Shown: positions 41,927 through 51,100 of the stretch, in pieces
Position numbering within the stretch: position 1 is the stretch's first letter
Layout: each line of letters opens with the position of its first letter
Assembly (NCBI GenBank): GCA_965205495.1
Contig: CBDBHA010000001.1
Location: forward strand, 264,091-328,090
Origin: Dehalococcoidia bacterium
Lineage (GTDB): Bacteria > Chloroflexota > Dehalococcoidia > Lucifugimonadales > UBA3495
Length of the DNA: 64,000 bases
Direction: 5' to 3'
The notes under the pieces: generated by a model
The model's input: the letters and a program-made list of their open reading frames with translations, nothing else
Told to the model about the DNA's origin: nothing
The model's database searches: none
Translations under genes and position numbers: made by a program

Positions 41927-42922
41927 TTGGTGTTGGCAGGGCTTATAGCCAATCCGGCGGCCAGCAAGGATATCCGGCGGCTGGTGGCCCAGGGGCGGGT
42001 GATTCCCGACTGGGAGAAGGTGAACACGGTGCGGCGGGTGATGCTGGGCCTGGAGGCGATGGGGGTGGAACGGGTGTTGGCGATGCCGGACAGTTCCCGT
42101 TTGTGCCAGAGGGCGCGGGACTATGCGCGGCTGTCGGTGGAGCTTTCGATGCTTGAGATGTCCATGGGCTATGACGCGGGGGACACGAGCCGGGCGGCGG
42201 CGTTGATGGGAGAGATGGGGGTGGACTGCCTGGTGACGCTGGGGGGCGACGGTACCAACCGGGCGGTTACCAAGGGGTGCCGGACCATTCCATTGGTGGC
42301 GATTTCCACCGGCACCAACAACGTTTTTCCGGCGATGGTGGAGGGGACGCTGGCGGGGATGGCCGCCGGGCTGGTGGCGTCGGGGAAGGTGGCTTTAGAA
42401 GCTGTGTCGCAAGAGAGCAAGATCTGGGAAGTGTATGTTGACGGGGAATACCGGGACCTGGCGTTGGTGGACGTGGCCATCTCGCGGGAGCGGTTCGTCG
42501 CGTCGCGGGCTATCTGGGACCTGGACACGCTTTACGAAGTGTATTTGACTCGGGCGGAACCGGCCAGCATTGGGCTGTCGTCCGTTGGGGGGCAGTTGGA
42601 GCCGGTTTCCAGCGCCGATGACGCCGGGCTGTGGTATGTTTTGGGGAGGGAGTCAGCGGGCAACAGCGTCGTAGCTTCGATAGCTCCCGGCGTGGTGGAA
42701 CGGGTGGGGATCAGCGGGTTCCGGCGTCTGGAGTTGGAGCAGCCAGTGGAGCTGGAGCGGCGGCATTGCACGGTGGCGTTGGACGGGGAGCGGGAGTTTG
42801 CCGTGAACCCGGAACAGCAAGTAACGCTGGTCTTGAAACGCAACGGGCCGCGGGTGGTTGACGTTGGGGAAGCGCTGCGGCAGGCGGCGCGGCAGGGAGC
42901 GTTGCGGTCATTGGAGGCGTAA
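41927..42922 (+). CDS. ATP-NAD kinase / diacylglycerol kinase-fold family protein
   Basis: 331 aa. LVTLGGDGTNR motif. TTG start 6 nt after GGGAGGG. Confidence 0.65.
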   Translation: MVLAGLIANPAASKDIRRLVAQGRVIPDWEKVNTVRRVMLGLEAMGVERVLAMPDSSRLCQRARDYARLSVELSMLEMSMGYDAGDTSRAAALMGEMGVDCLVTLGGDGTNRAVTKGCRTIPLVAISTGTNNVFPAMVEGTLAGMAAGLVASGKVALEAVSQESKIWEVYVDGEYRDLALVDVAISRERFVASRAIWDLDTLYEVYLTRAEPASIGLSSVGGQLEPVSSADDAGLWYVLGRESAGNSVVASIAPGVVERVGISGFRRLELEQPVELERRHCTVALDGEREFAVNPEQQVTLVLKRNGPRVVDVGEALRQAARQGALRSLEA

Positions 42923-43043
42923 ACCGGCCCAATTCCGTCCTCCGTTGCGCTGGAATAAGGGGGCCTCACCTCTTTAACATAAGGGTGAATCTCGCCGGTC
43001 TTCGGGTTTTTCCCCGGAGAGTCCGGGCGGCGCTGGGTGAGGG

Positions 43044-43931
43044 ATGGTTACTGAGCTTCAAGATAAACGGCTGACCATCGGTTCGGAACGGACCTGCTCC
43101 TGTCCCCCGAAACACATCAATTGTCTGACCGCCAAGGAGTGGATTACCTCTCAATTGGGGGTCTGGAAGTTCTCCTACGAGTCCCGGGACGTTAGGGACA
43201 AGTCGTTGCATCCCGCCACGTTCCCCATATCGCTGGCGAAACAGTGCATTTCGCTTTTTTCTCACCAGGGAGAGCTGGTGCTGGACCCCTTTAGCGGCAG
43301 CGGGACCACGCTGGTGGCGGCGCAAGACCTGGGCCGGAACGGGGTTGGTTTTGACCTGAAACCTGAGTATGTCAACCTGGCGGAGTCGCGTTTGGGCGGC
43401 GGAACGGGGGGCGGGCAAGCGCGGCAATGCGCCGAGTGCGGGGACGCCCGGGAGATTGGGGAATACCTGGAAAACGACTCGGTAAGCCTGCTGTTGACGT
43501 CGCCGCCCTACGCCAATTTGCTGAACCGGCCAAGGATGAACAAGAGCCGGCGCAGCAACCAACGGGACAACGGGCAGCTGAATAAGGTGGAGCAGTACAG
43601 CCAAGACCGGCGGGACCTGGGAACGATGTCCCTGGAAGAATACCAGCAGGCCATTGCGGAAATCTTTGGCGGGCTGCTGCCGCTGCTGAAAGAGAAGGCC
43701 CATTGTGTTATCAACGTGCCGGATATGTGGTGGGAAAACCGGCGGGTAACGATACATATGTCGGTGGTGGACGCGCTCAGGGAAGTGGGTTACGAGTTGC
43801 GGAACACGATAATCTGGGACCGGACCAACATCGTGAACCGGATTGGGATTTTTGGGTGGCCGTCCAACTACATAACCATGGGGACTACGTTTGAGTACCT
43901 GCTGGACTTCTGGAAGCCGCCGGCGTCGTGA
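43044..43931 (+). CDS. DNA methyltransferase (N4-C/N6-A family, SPPY motif), apparently solitary
   Basis: HPATFP..VLDPFSGSGTTLVAA (AdoMet motif I region) precedes LLLTSPPYANL (motif IV). No endonuclease gene is adjacent. Confidence 0.75.
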   Translation: MVTELQDKRLTIGSERTCSCPPKHINCLTAKEWITSQLGVWKFSYESRDVRDKSLHPATFPISLAKQCISLFSHQGELVLDPFSGSGTTLVAAQDLGRNGVGFDLKPEYVNLAESRLGGGTGGGQARQCAECGDAREIGEYLENDSVSLLLTSPPYANLLNRPRMNKSRRSNQRDNGQLNKVEQYSQDRRDLGTMSLEEYQQAIAEIFGGLLPLLKEKAHCVINVPDMWWENRRVTIHMSVVDALREVGYELRNTIIWDRTNIVNRIGIFGWPSNYITMGTTFEYLLDFWKPPAS

Positions 43932-44027
43932 CCGTTTCACCGGAAGGCGATAGTCTGTTACGCTCTTGGGAGTCATTGCCTGGGAGCGTTTTTTCTTGAG
44001 GGTTGAAGTTCAAGGGTTGAGGCCGGT

Positions 44028-44768
44028 TTGCTGTCGGGGATAGAGCTGGTCATCGGCTTGCTGGCGGTCTTCGTGGGGGCCACCGTCATGGGGACGGTGA
44101 GCTTTGGGATGGGGCTGGTGGTGGCGCCGGTGTTGCTGCTGTTTTTGGAGCCGCAGTCGGCGGTGGTGACGGTGAACGTCATCATCGGGTTGGTATGTGC
44201 CTGCGTGCTATTTCAGACCCGAAGGAATTTGGACCTGCGGCGGGTGGGGCCGATGGCGCTGGGGGGGTTGATAGCGGTGCCGTTGGGGGTGTTGGCCCTT
44301 AGCGTGGCGAATCCCACGCTGCTGCGGATAACCATTGCGGCGGTAATTTTGGTATTGGGGGTTTTCCACCTGTTCGACATACCCATACCGATGACCGGGC
44401 GGAGGTATTCCGGACCGGTTTTTGGGTTCTTCTGTTCCTTGTCCATTACCACCCTGAGCATTGGCGGGCCGCTGGCGGCGATTTACGTGATGGCGCAACA
44501 GTGGTCGTCGGACACCATGCGGGCTTCGTTGTCGTTCTTCTTCCTGACGACCTACCTATTGGCCTTCGGGTTGTACGTTTGGGCCGGACTGGTGACGGTA
44601 GAGACGCTGGCGAATATCGGGCTGCTGGCGCCGGGGCTGCTGGCGGGATTTGGGGTGGCGACGTTGATTGTGAAGCGGATCAACGAGCGGGTTTTCCGAT
44701 ACGCGGCTATCGGGGTAATCCTTACGGGCAGCACGGTCTTGCTGGTGAGAGAAGTGACGCCGTTGTGA
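44028..44768 (+). CDS. TauE/SafE-family anion exporter membrane protein
   Basis: 246 aa, about 8 TM segments, Gly-rich helices typical of TauE/SafE. Confidence 0.65.
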   Translation: MLSGIELVIGLLAVFVGATVMGTVSFGMGLVVAPVLLLFLEPQSAVVTVNVIIGLVCACVLFQTRRNLDLRRVGPMALGGLIAVPLGVLALSVANPTLLRITIAAVILVLGVFHLFDIPIPMTGRRYSGPVFGFFCSLSITTLSIGGPLAAIYVMAQQWSSDTMRASLSFFFLTTYLLAFGLYVWAGLVTVETLANIGLLAPGLLAGFGVATLIVKRINERVFRYAAIGVILTGSTVLLVREVTPL

Positions 44769-44796
44769 GGGAAGTGACGGAGGGGGAACGGGCAAG

Positions 44797-44838
44797 AACC
44801 GGGCCGGCGTTAACGCCGGCCCGGTTTTGTCTTGTTTT
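44797..44838. terminator. Bidirectional intrinsic terminator
   Basis: aaccgggccggcg-ttaa-cgccggcccggtt (13-bp stem) followed by ttgtcttgtttt. Lies between convergent genes. Confidence 0.8.
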
Positions 44839-44845
44839 GGGGGAT

Positions 44846-45766
44846 TTAGCCGTTGAGGTCGTGGAATGCGGCCAGGGCGGCGGTGATGCCATCGCCGACG
44901 GCTGCTCCCAACTGGCGGGTGGACTCGGCGCGGATGTCGCCGCAAGCGTAGACGGTGGGCAGGTTGGTGCGCATGTGGACGTCGGTGAAAAGATGGCCGA
45001 GGGGGTCCATATCCAGGATGCCCTTCAGGTAGTCGGAATTGGGGTGGAAGCCGACGTAGATGAAGGCGGCGGCGGTGGGGTAATCGTATACCTCGCCGCT
45101 CTTCAGGTCCTTGACGCGGGCGGCTTCAAGGACGTCGTTGCCGACGAACTCTTCAACGACGTGGCTCCAGAGCCACTTGTACTTCGGGTTGGCGAAGGCG
45201 CGTTCCTGAAGGACGGGGGTGGCGCGAAGCTCGTCGCGGCGGTGGATTACGGTAACGGAGTTGACGATGCCGGAGAGGTAGAAGCTCTCATCCAAAGCGG
45301 CGTCGCCGCCGCCGACCACCACCACGTCCTGGCCTCGGAAGAAGTTGCCGTCGCAAACGGCGCAGTAGGAGACGCCGCGGCCGCTGTACTCGTCCTCGCC
45401 GGGGGTGCCGAGCTTGTTATGGCTGCCGCCAGTGGCGATGATGAGTGACTTGGCGGTGTAGGTCTTTTCGTCGGTGTGGACGACTTTGATGGGTTTGTCG
45501 AGATCCTCGACGCTTTCAACTTCAGCGTAATGGATGGTGGTGCCGAAGCGGACGGTTTGCTCCTCCATCATCTGGGCCAATTCCTGGCCTTTGACGCCCT
45601 GGGGGAAGCCGGGGTAGTTGTCAATTTCGTCGGTAATCAGCAGTTGGCCGCCGACGCCCAACGACTCGATGAGTACGGTCTTCATCATCGCCCGGGTAGT
45701 GTAAAGACTGGCGGCCAAGCCGGCGGCGCCGGCCCCAAGGATGATGACGTCGTGTTCGGGTTCCAT
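44846..45766 (-). CDS. trxB: Thioredoxin-disulfide reductase
   Basis: 306 aa. GAGAAG FAD site, CAVCDG redox centre, VVGGGDAA NADPH site, ACGD. Confidence 0.9.
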   Translation of the reverse strand: MEPEHDVIILGAGAAGLAASLYTTRAMMKTVLIESLGVGGQLLITDEIDNYPGFPQGVKGQELAQMMEEQTVRFGTTIHYAEVESVEDLDKPIKVVHTDEKTYTAKSLIIATGGSHNKLGTPGEDEYSGRGVSYCAVCDGNFFRGQDVVVVGGGDAALDESFYLSGIVNSVTVIHRRDELRATPVLQERAFANPKYKWLWSHVVEEFVGNDVLEAARVKDLKSGEVYDYPTAAAFIYVGFHPNSDYLKGILDMDPLGHLFTDVHMRTNLPTVYACGDIRAESTRQLGAAVGDGITAALAAFHDLNG

Positions 45767-45809
45767 TAAACAGTGTTCCTCCTGTTGGTGAAATTACGGT
45801 TTGCGGGGT

Positions 45810-46754
45810 TCAGGCGGCGGTCTCGGCAGCCTGGCGGAAGAAGGCGGCAGTCTGCTCCAGGCCCTCTTGAAGGCTGACTTTGGGCGACCAGCCGAGTTCC
45901 TTGGCGGCGAGGGTGCAATCGAGGCTGATGCGGTAGACTTCGCCCGGGCGGATGGCCAGGTGCTCGGCGTCCCAACGGTAGCCGATGATGGAGCGGAGAA
46001 CCTGGAAGATTTGGTTGACGGTGGTGCCCTGACCGGTGCCGATGTTGAAGGCCTGGTCGTTGCCCTCCTCCATTGCCTTGAGGTTGGCGTCCACCACGTC
46101 GCCCACGTAAACGAAATCGCGTTCCTGGTCGCCGTCGCCGTAAACGGTGGGCTGCTTCCCCTGCAGCATGGCCTGGGTGAAGATGGCGACCACACCGGAC
46201 TCGCCGTGCGGGTCCTGGCGGGGGCCGTAAACGTTTCCGTAGCGGAGGATGGTGTAGTTCAATTGGTAACGGCGGCCGTAAAGTTCGACGTATTGCTCGG
46301 CCAGGTACTTGGACATGCCGTAGGGAGAGAGGGGGCGGATGGGGGTATCTTCGGGGCAGGGGACGGTGGCGGGGTTGCCGTAGAGGGCGCCGCCGGTGGA
46401 GGAGTAGATAATCTTGTCCACTCCGGAGCGGCGGATGGCTTCCAGCAGGCGGAGGGTACCGATGACGTTGCTTTGGCCGTCCTGGACCGGGTCCTGGGTG
46501 GAACGGCTGACGCTGGTCTGGGCGGCCAGGTGGAAAACGATGTCGGGCTGTTCGCGGTGGATGATGTCCTGTACGGCGGGGCGGGTGATGTCCTGGTGGT
46601 AGAAGGTGGCCCGGTGGTCGAGGTTCCGCAGTTTGCCGGTGCTGAGGTCGTCGATGATGGCGACTTTGTGGCCTTCATTGAGCAATCCGCTGACTAGGTG
46701 GGAACCGATGAATCCGGCGCCGCCGGTCACGAGGACCGTTTTGGTTTCGGTCAT
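45810..46754 (-). CDS. NAD-dependent epimerase/dehydratase (UDP-glucose 4-epimerase-like)
   Basis: VLVTGGAGFIGSH, YxxxK (YGMSKYLAE). Start at MTETKTV. The longer listed ORF runs into the IS element. Confidence 0.8.
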   Translation of the reverse strand: MTETKTVLVTGGAGFIGSHLVSGLLNEGHKVAIIDDLSTGKLRNLDHRATFYHQDITRPAVQDIIHREQPDIVFHLAAQTSVSRSTQDPVQDGQSNVIGTLRLLEAIRRSGVDKIIYSSTGGALYGNPATVPCPEDTPIRPLSPYGMSKYLAEQYVELYGRRYQLNYTILRYGNVYGPRQDPHGESGVVAIFTQAMLQGKQPTVYGDGDQERDFVYVGDVVDANLKAMEEGNDQAFNIGTGQGTTVNQIFQVLRSIIGYRWDAEHLAIRPGEVYRISLDCTLAAKELGWSPKVSLQEGLEQTAAFFRQAAETAA

Positions 46755-46832
46755 GCAAGCCTCGGGAGTAAACTTACCGAAACATGATACTCCTAGAGGG
46801 GGGATTTGGAAAATGGCGGTGTGGTCCGTAAC

Positions 46833-48105
46833 CAGGGTCTTTTCATTCTCCGGCAGTATAAGCAATGCCGAGCAGGGCGAAGGCTTGGGAGACCTGCGCC
46901 GGGTGACGGCGCAGGGCAGCGGCTACGTTGTTATGGCCCGCCCAACGCACCAAGGTGGTCGTCAGGTTGCGTAATGCTGCCATCACCTGGGGCGCGCTAC
47001 CGGTTCTCACCTGAGAACGGTCTTCGTCAAAGGTGACGTCCCTTACCCAGTGCACCCGGTTTTCGATGTGCCAGTGCTCCCGAAGTATCTCCAATAGACG
47101 GTCCGCTCCGGCAGCGGTTGGAGAGAGACTGGTCACCGCATAGCTCACCGCCACCTGACTCCGGCCTTTCACTATGCGCCGCCGCTCCAGCCGGCACACC
47201 TGTCGCAGGTGCGGCCACGCTTCCCCCACCGTTCCGGCGCTGCCCGCATAGCCGTTTAACTCCGGGTCGGCCAAGGCCCACAGTTCCCGACGCTCCCGCC
47301 GTCCGTGACGCTGCTTTGGCCGGGCATCCACCCACGCCGTCAGCGTTGCCCCGCGCACCCGCCACTCCTGCTCCTGCCACGGGGACACCCTTGGCCCGTT
47401 GCCTTCCTCAGTTTCCAGTGGGGGAAAATGCTTCCACCAAGTCTTGGTGCAAAGTGGGCTGATTCTCTTTCACCGGCAACAGGTAGTCCCCGCCCCCGGC
47501 CACAATCTGCTGGCACACTTCCCGTTGCCTCAACAGAGCGTCTGCCACCACTACCCGGCCTTCCAGAGGGACCTGCCCCAGCACTTTTCTGGCCGCCGCC
47601 AACTCCTGACCCTTGCCTGGCGCGGCTACTTGGGCCAACACCGCCCCGCTTCCGGCAGCATAGGCTGACACCAGATGCACCCCGGGTATCTCTTGCCCGT
47701 GTATCCCCCGCAGGGTCTTGCCGTCCAGGGACAGCGCCTCCCCACGCTCTAGCCCACTGTTGATCAGCCATTCCCGCAACACCGCCTCGAAGGCGTCCAC
47801 GTCCAGGTCTTTGAACACCCGGTGGAAGGTGGCTACACCGGGCGTCTTCCCCAGCCTGAACCCCAGGAGTTGCCCCGTGGCGACTCCGTGGTCACGCCCC
47901 CACTGGGCTATGGCGTACAAGCTGCGGGCGCCGCACAGCATGGCGCAAACGGCCAGGCTCAGAATTGCCCCCAACTGGTGACGCCGGCCCTGGCTCTTGC
48001 GGTGGTCCGGGACCCGGTCCAAAGCTTCTCTTAACTCCATCATCCTCACCTCCCAGCTCTATTGCTTAAACTTTAAAACTTGTTTCAGAAAATGAAAAGA
48101 CCCTG
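46833..48105 (-). mobile_element. ISAs1-family insertion sequence, transposase split by one frameshift
   Basis: IRs cagggtcttttcattctc (46833-46850) and agaaaatgaaaagaccctg (48087-48105). ORFs 47408..48049 (DHRKSQGRRHQLGAILSLAVCAMLCGARS.., GKTLRG, VKENQPTL) and 46843..47388 (HWHIENRVHWVRDVTFDEDRS) are in different frames. Confidence 0.8.
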
Positions 48106-48198
48106 TATGGTATGCCCTTAGCTTGCCAAGGCCAAGGCAAACTTGTTACATTAGAACTGTTTATTTGCACTCCTCTTCACAACTGCTGGTGAGCCTCT

Positions 48199-51100
48199 TT
48201 GGTGTTTTGTAACTGCTTATTCCACCGCGTTGCCCGGCCCTGGCCCGCAGCCTTGTTTGCCGCGTTTTTATTGTTGCCGTTGCTGGGGTTGGTTTCGTTT
48301 AATCCGAGCCCGGTGGAGGCTGTTACTGGTACCTTTGATGTGACCCCCACCAGCGGCCCGCCGGGAACCAGGGTTTCTATCAACGGTTCCGGTTTTGGTA
48401 ACAACACGAGCTTGACCATTAAGTTTGGAAGTGATAATAGAACAGTTTCCTCCTTTGGCAGGTCAGGTGCGCGCGGAGACATCCAAGGAAGGGTCTACAT
48501 TCCCGACCTTCCCCGGGGCTCCATCACGATTACCATAGCAGGAAGCAATACTGTAACCACCGGAAACACCGATGAGGGTACCCAAATAACAAGACAAGAG
48601 CAATATACAGGTTCAGCGGGTTTTAGGGTTGAACCCAAGGCGGAAATATCCTCGACTACCGGCCCCGTGGGGCACTCGGTCACCGTCTCCGGCCGGGGGT
48701 TCGACGCTGGTGAACGCCCTTCCGTAAAGTTCGACGGCAAAGTCGTGGCGACCCCCAACCCCCGGGATAACGGCAAGCTACCCAGCGTCGCTTTCCAAGT
48801 GCCCGCGGTTCCCGCCGGGGATTATGAGATCACCGTGGGAGACGTTGACGCTGGCACCTTTACGGTCACTTCCCAGTTCACGGTAATTCCGCAACGGGGG
48901 CCTCCGGGGACCACCATACAGGTCAGCGGCACCGGCTACATGTCCGGCGGTACCGTGACCATGATGATCGACAACGAACACTTGGACCCGTTGCGGGCGG
49001 ACCAGCACGGAGTATTGACCGGCTCGGTGCAGATCCCGGTCCTTTCCGGGGGGCGGAAAATCATCACCGCCACCGCCACGGCGGCCGGTTCGGTCCAAGC
49101 CACCTTCGAGGTCACGCCCACGCTGGTCATTGAACCGGAGAATGCCACCCCCGGGGCGCTGGTCCACGTCAGCGGCACGGCGTTCCGGGCGAACGAAACG
49201 GGGATCCAGGTAAAGTTCAACACCACCACCGTGGCCTCGGGCATTGCGGCCGACGACAAGGGAGTATGGAGCGCGGACTTCACCGTGCCGGCCACGACTT
49301 CGGGACGGCACAACGTCACGGCAACCGGGTCCTCGACCAAGAGCCGGGTACCCACCCGGCGGTTGACCGTTGGCAGCGGCATCCGGCTGGAGACACCCAG
49401 CGGGCCGCCGGGGACGCTCATTGTGATTCATGGGTCAGGCGTCCGGGCCAACGAGAGCATGGCCATCGATGTTGGCGGGGGCTTGGCGGTTGCGGAGACC
49501 ACCGCCGGGGCAAGCGGGACCTGGCGGCTCGAGATCCCGGCTCCGGCGGCCCCGCGCGGGCCGTTGACGATTTCGGCCAAGGGCGTAACTGGCGAGGCCA
49601 ACACGGTGGTTTTCAACATCACCTCGAGAATTGAAATCTCGGCAAGCCAGGGGCAGCCGGGTTCCACCGTGACCGTGACCGGCGATGGATTCACCGCCAA
49701 CAAGGCGGGCATCCCGATACTTTTCTACTCGGAGATAGTGGCGTCGGCCAACGCCGATTCCCAGGGGTCATTCACCGCCAACATCACCATACCCGCCGTT
49801 CCCCGGGGCAGCTACCCGGTCCGGGTCAGCGGCTCCAGCGCGGACCTTCAAGCCACCTACTCAGTGAGCGCCGCCCTGTCGGTCAACGTGCAGGAAGCGG
49901 CTACCGGCGATCCGGTCACCGTGTCGGGCGACGGCTTCGCCGCCAACGAGACGGGGATTGTCATCAAGCTGGGGGAGACCACCGCGGCGCAGGGGATCGC
50001 GGCCAACGCCTCGGGTTCGTGGACCAACACCTTCCACCTGCCGCCCCTACCGGCGAATACCTACAACCTGACCGTCGCCGGAACGCAGACCGGGAACGGG
50101 CAGGTGCCGGTGCTGGCCTTGAAAACTCTCAGCCGGGCGATAGTTACCCCCGCCTCCGGGATTATCGGCTCCACGGCCACCGTGACCGGTCAGGGTTTCA
50201 GCGCCAGCGACCAGACCATTACCCTGGCCTACGATGGCGTTACGGTGGTCACCGGGATTGCCGCGGACCCGACCGGGGGCTTCAGCGTGTCTTTCCAGGT
50301 CCCCCTTTCCGCCGGCGGTGACCATGTCGTTGAGGTGTTCGGGGCCAACCAGGTGACCAGCACCCGGGCCGGTTTCGAGGTGATTCCGTCGGTCGCCCTG
50401 GGCGAGGACACCGGCATCGCCGCCGATCCGGTGACCCTGTTGGGTTACGGGTTTGGGGCTAACGAGAACAACATACAGCTCTCCTTCGGGTCGGTTCTGG
50501 TGGACGACGGGGTGACCGCCGACGCCAGCGGCCATTTTGAAGCGGAGTTCCAGATACCCTCGGCGCCGGCGGGCAAGTACGCGGTCAACGCCGTGGGGTC
50601 CACCGGGAACGCCGCGGTGCCCGCCCCGGACTCATTTGAGGTCAAGTCCAACATCTCACTGAGCGAGAGTGCGGGCCATGTTGGAATGACCTTGCAGTTG
50701 CAGGGCACCGGGTTCAGTCCCCAGTCCAACATTGCCGTGGCGTTTGGGACGCTGATCCAGGAAACGATTCTGTCGGACGAGACCGGCGGGTTCATCTGGC
50801 AGGTGACGGCGCCGATGTCCGCCGGGGGCGAGCATCCGATATCGGCCCAGGACAACCGGGGCAACCGGCTGCAAGTGCCTTTCGCGCTGGAGACCGACCC
50901 GCCGGCGGCGCCGGCGCTGCGTTCGCCGGACAACGGCAGCCGCAGCGGTTTCTTTGGCGGGTTCCAGCCGGTCACCCGGTGGACGCCGGTAGAGGACCCC
51001 AGCGGCGTGACCTACAACCTACAGGTGGCCGACGACGCCGAGTTCTTCGACCCAATCGTGGAGCAAAAGGGGTTGGCCAACCCCACCTATCCCTTCACCG

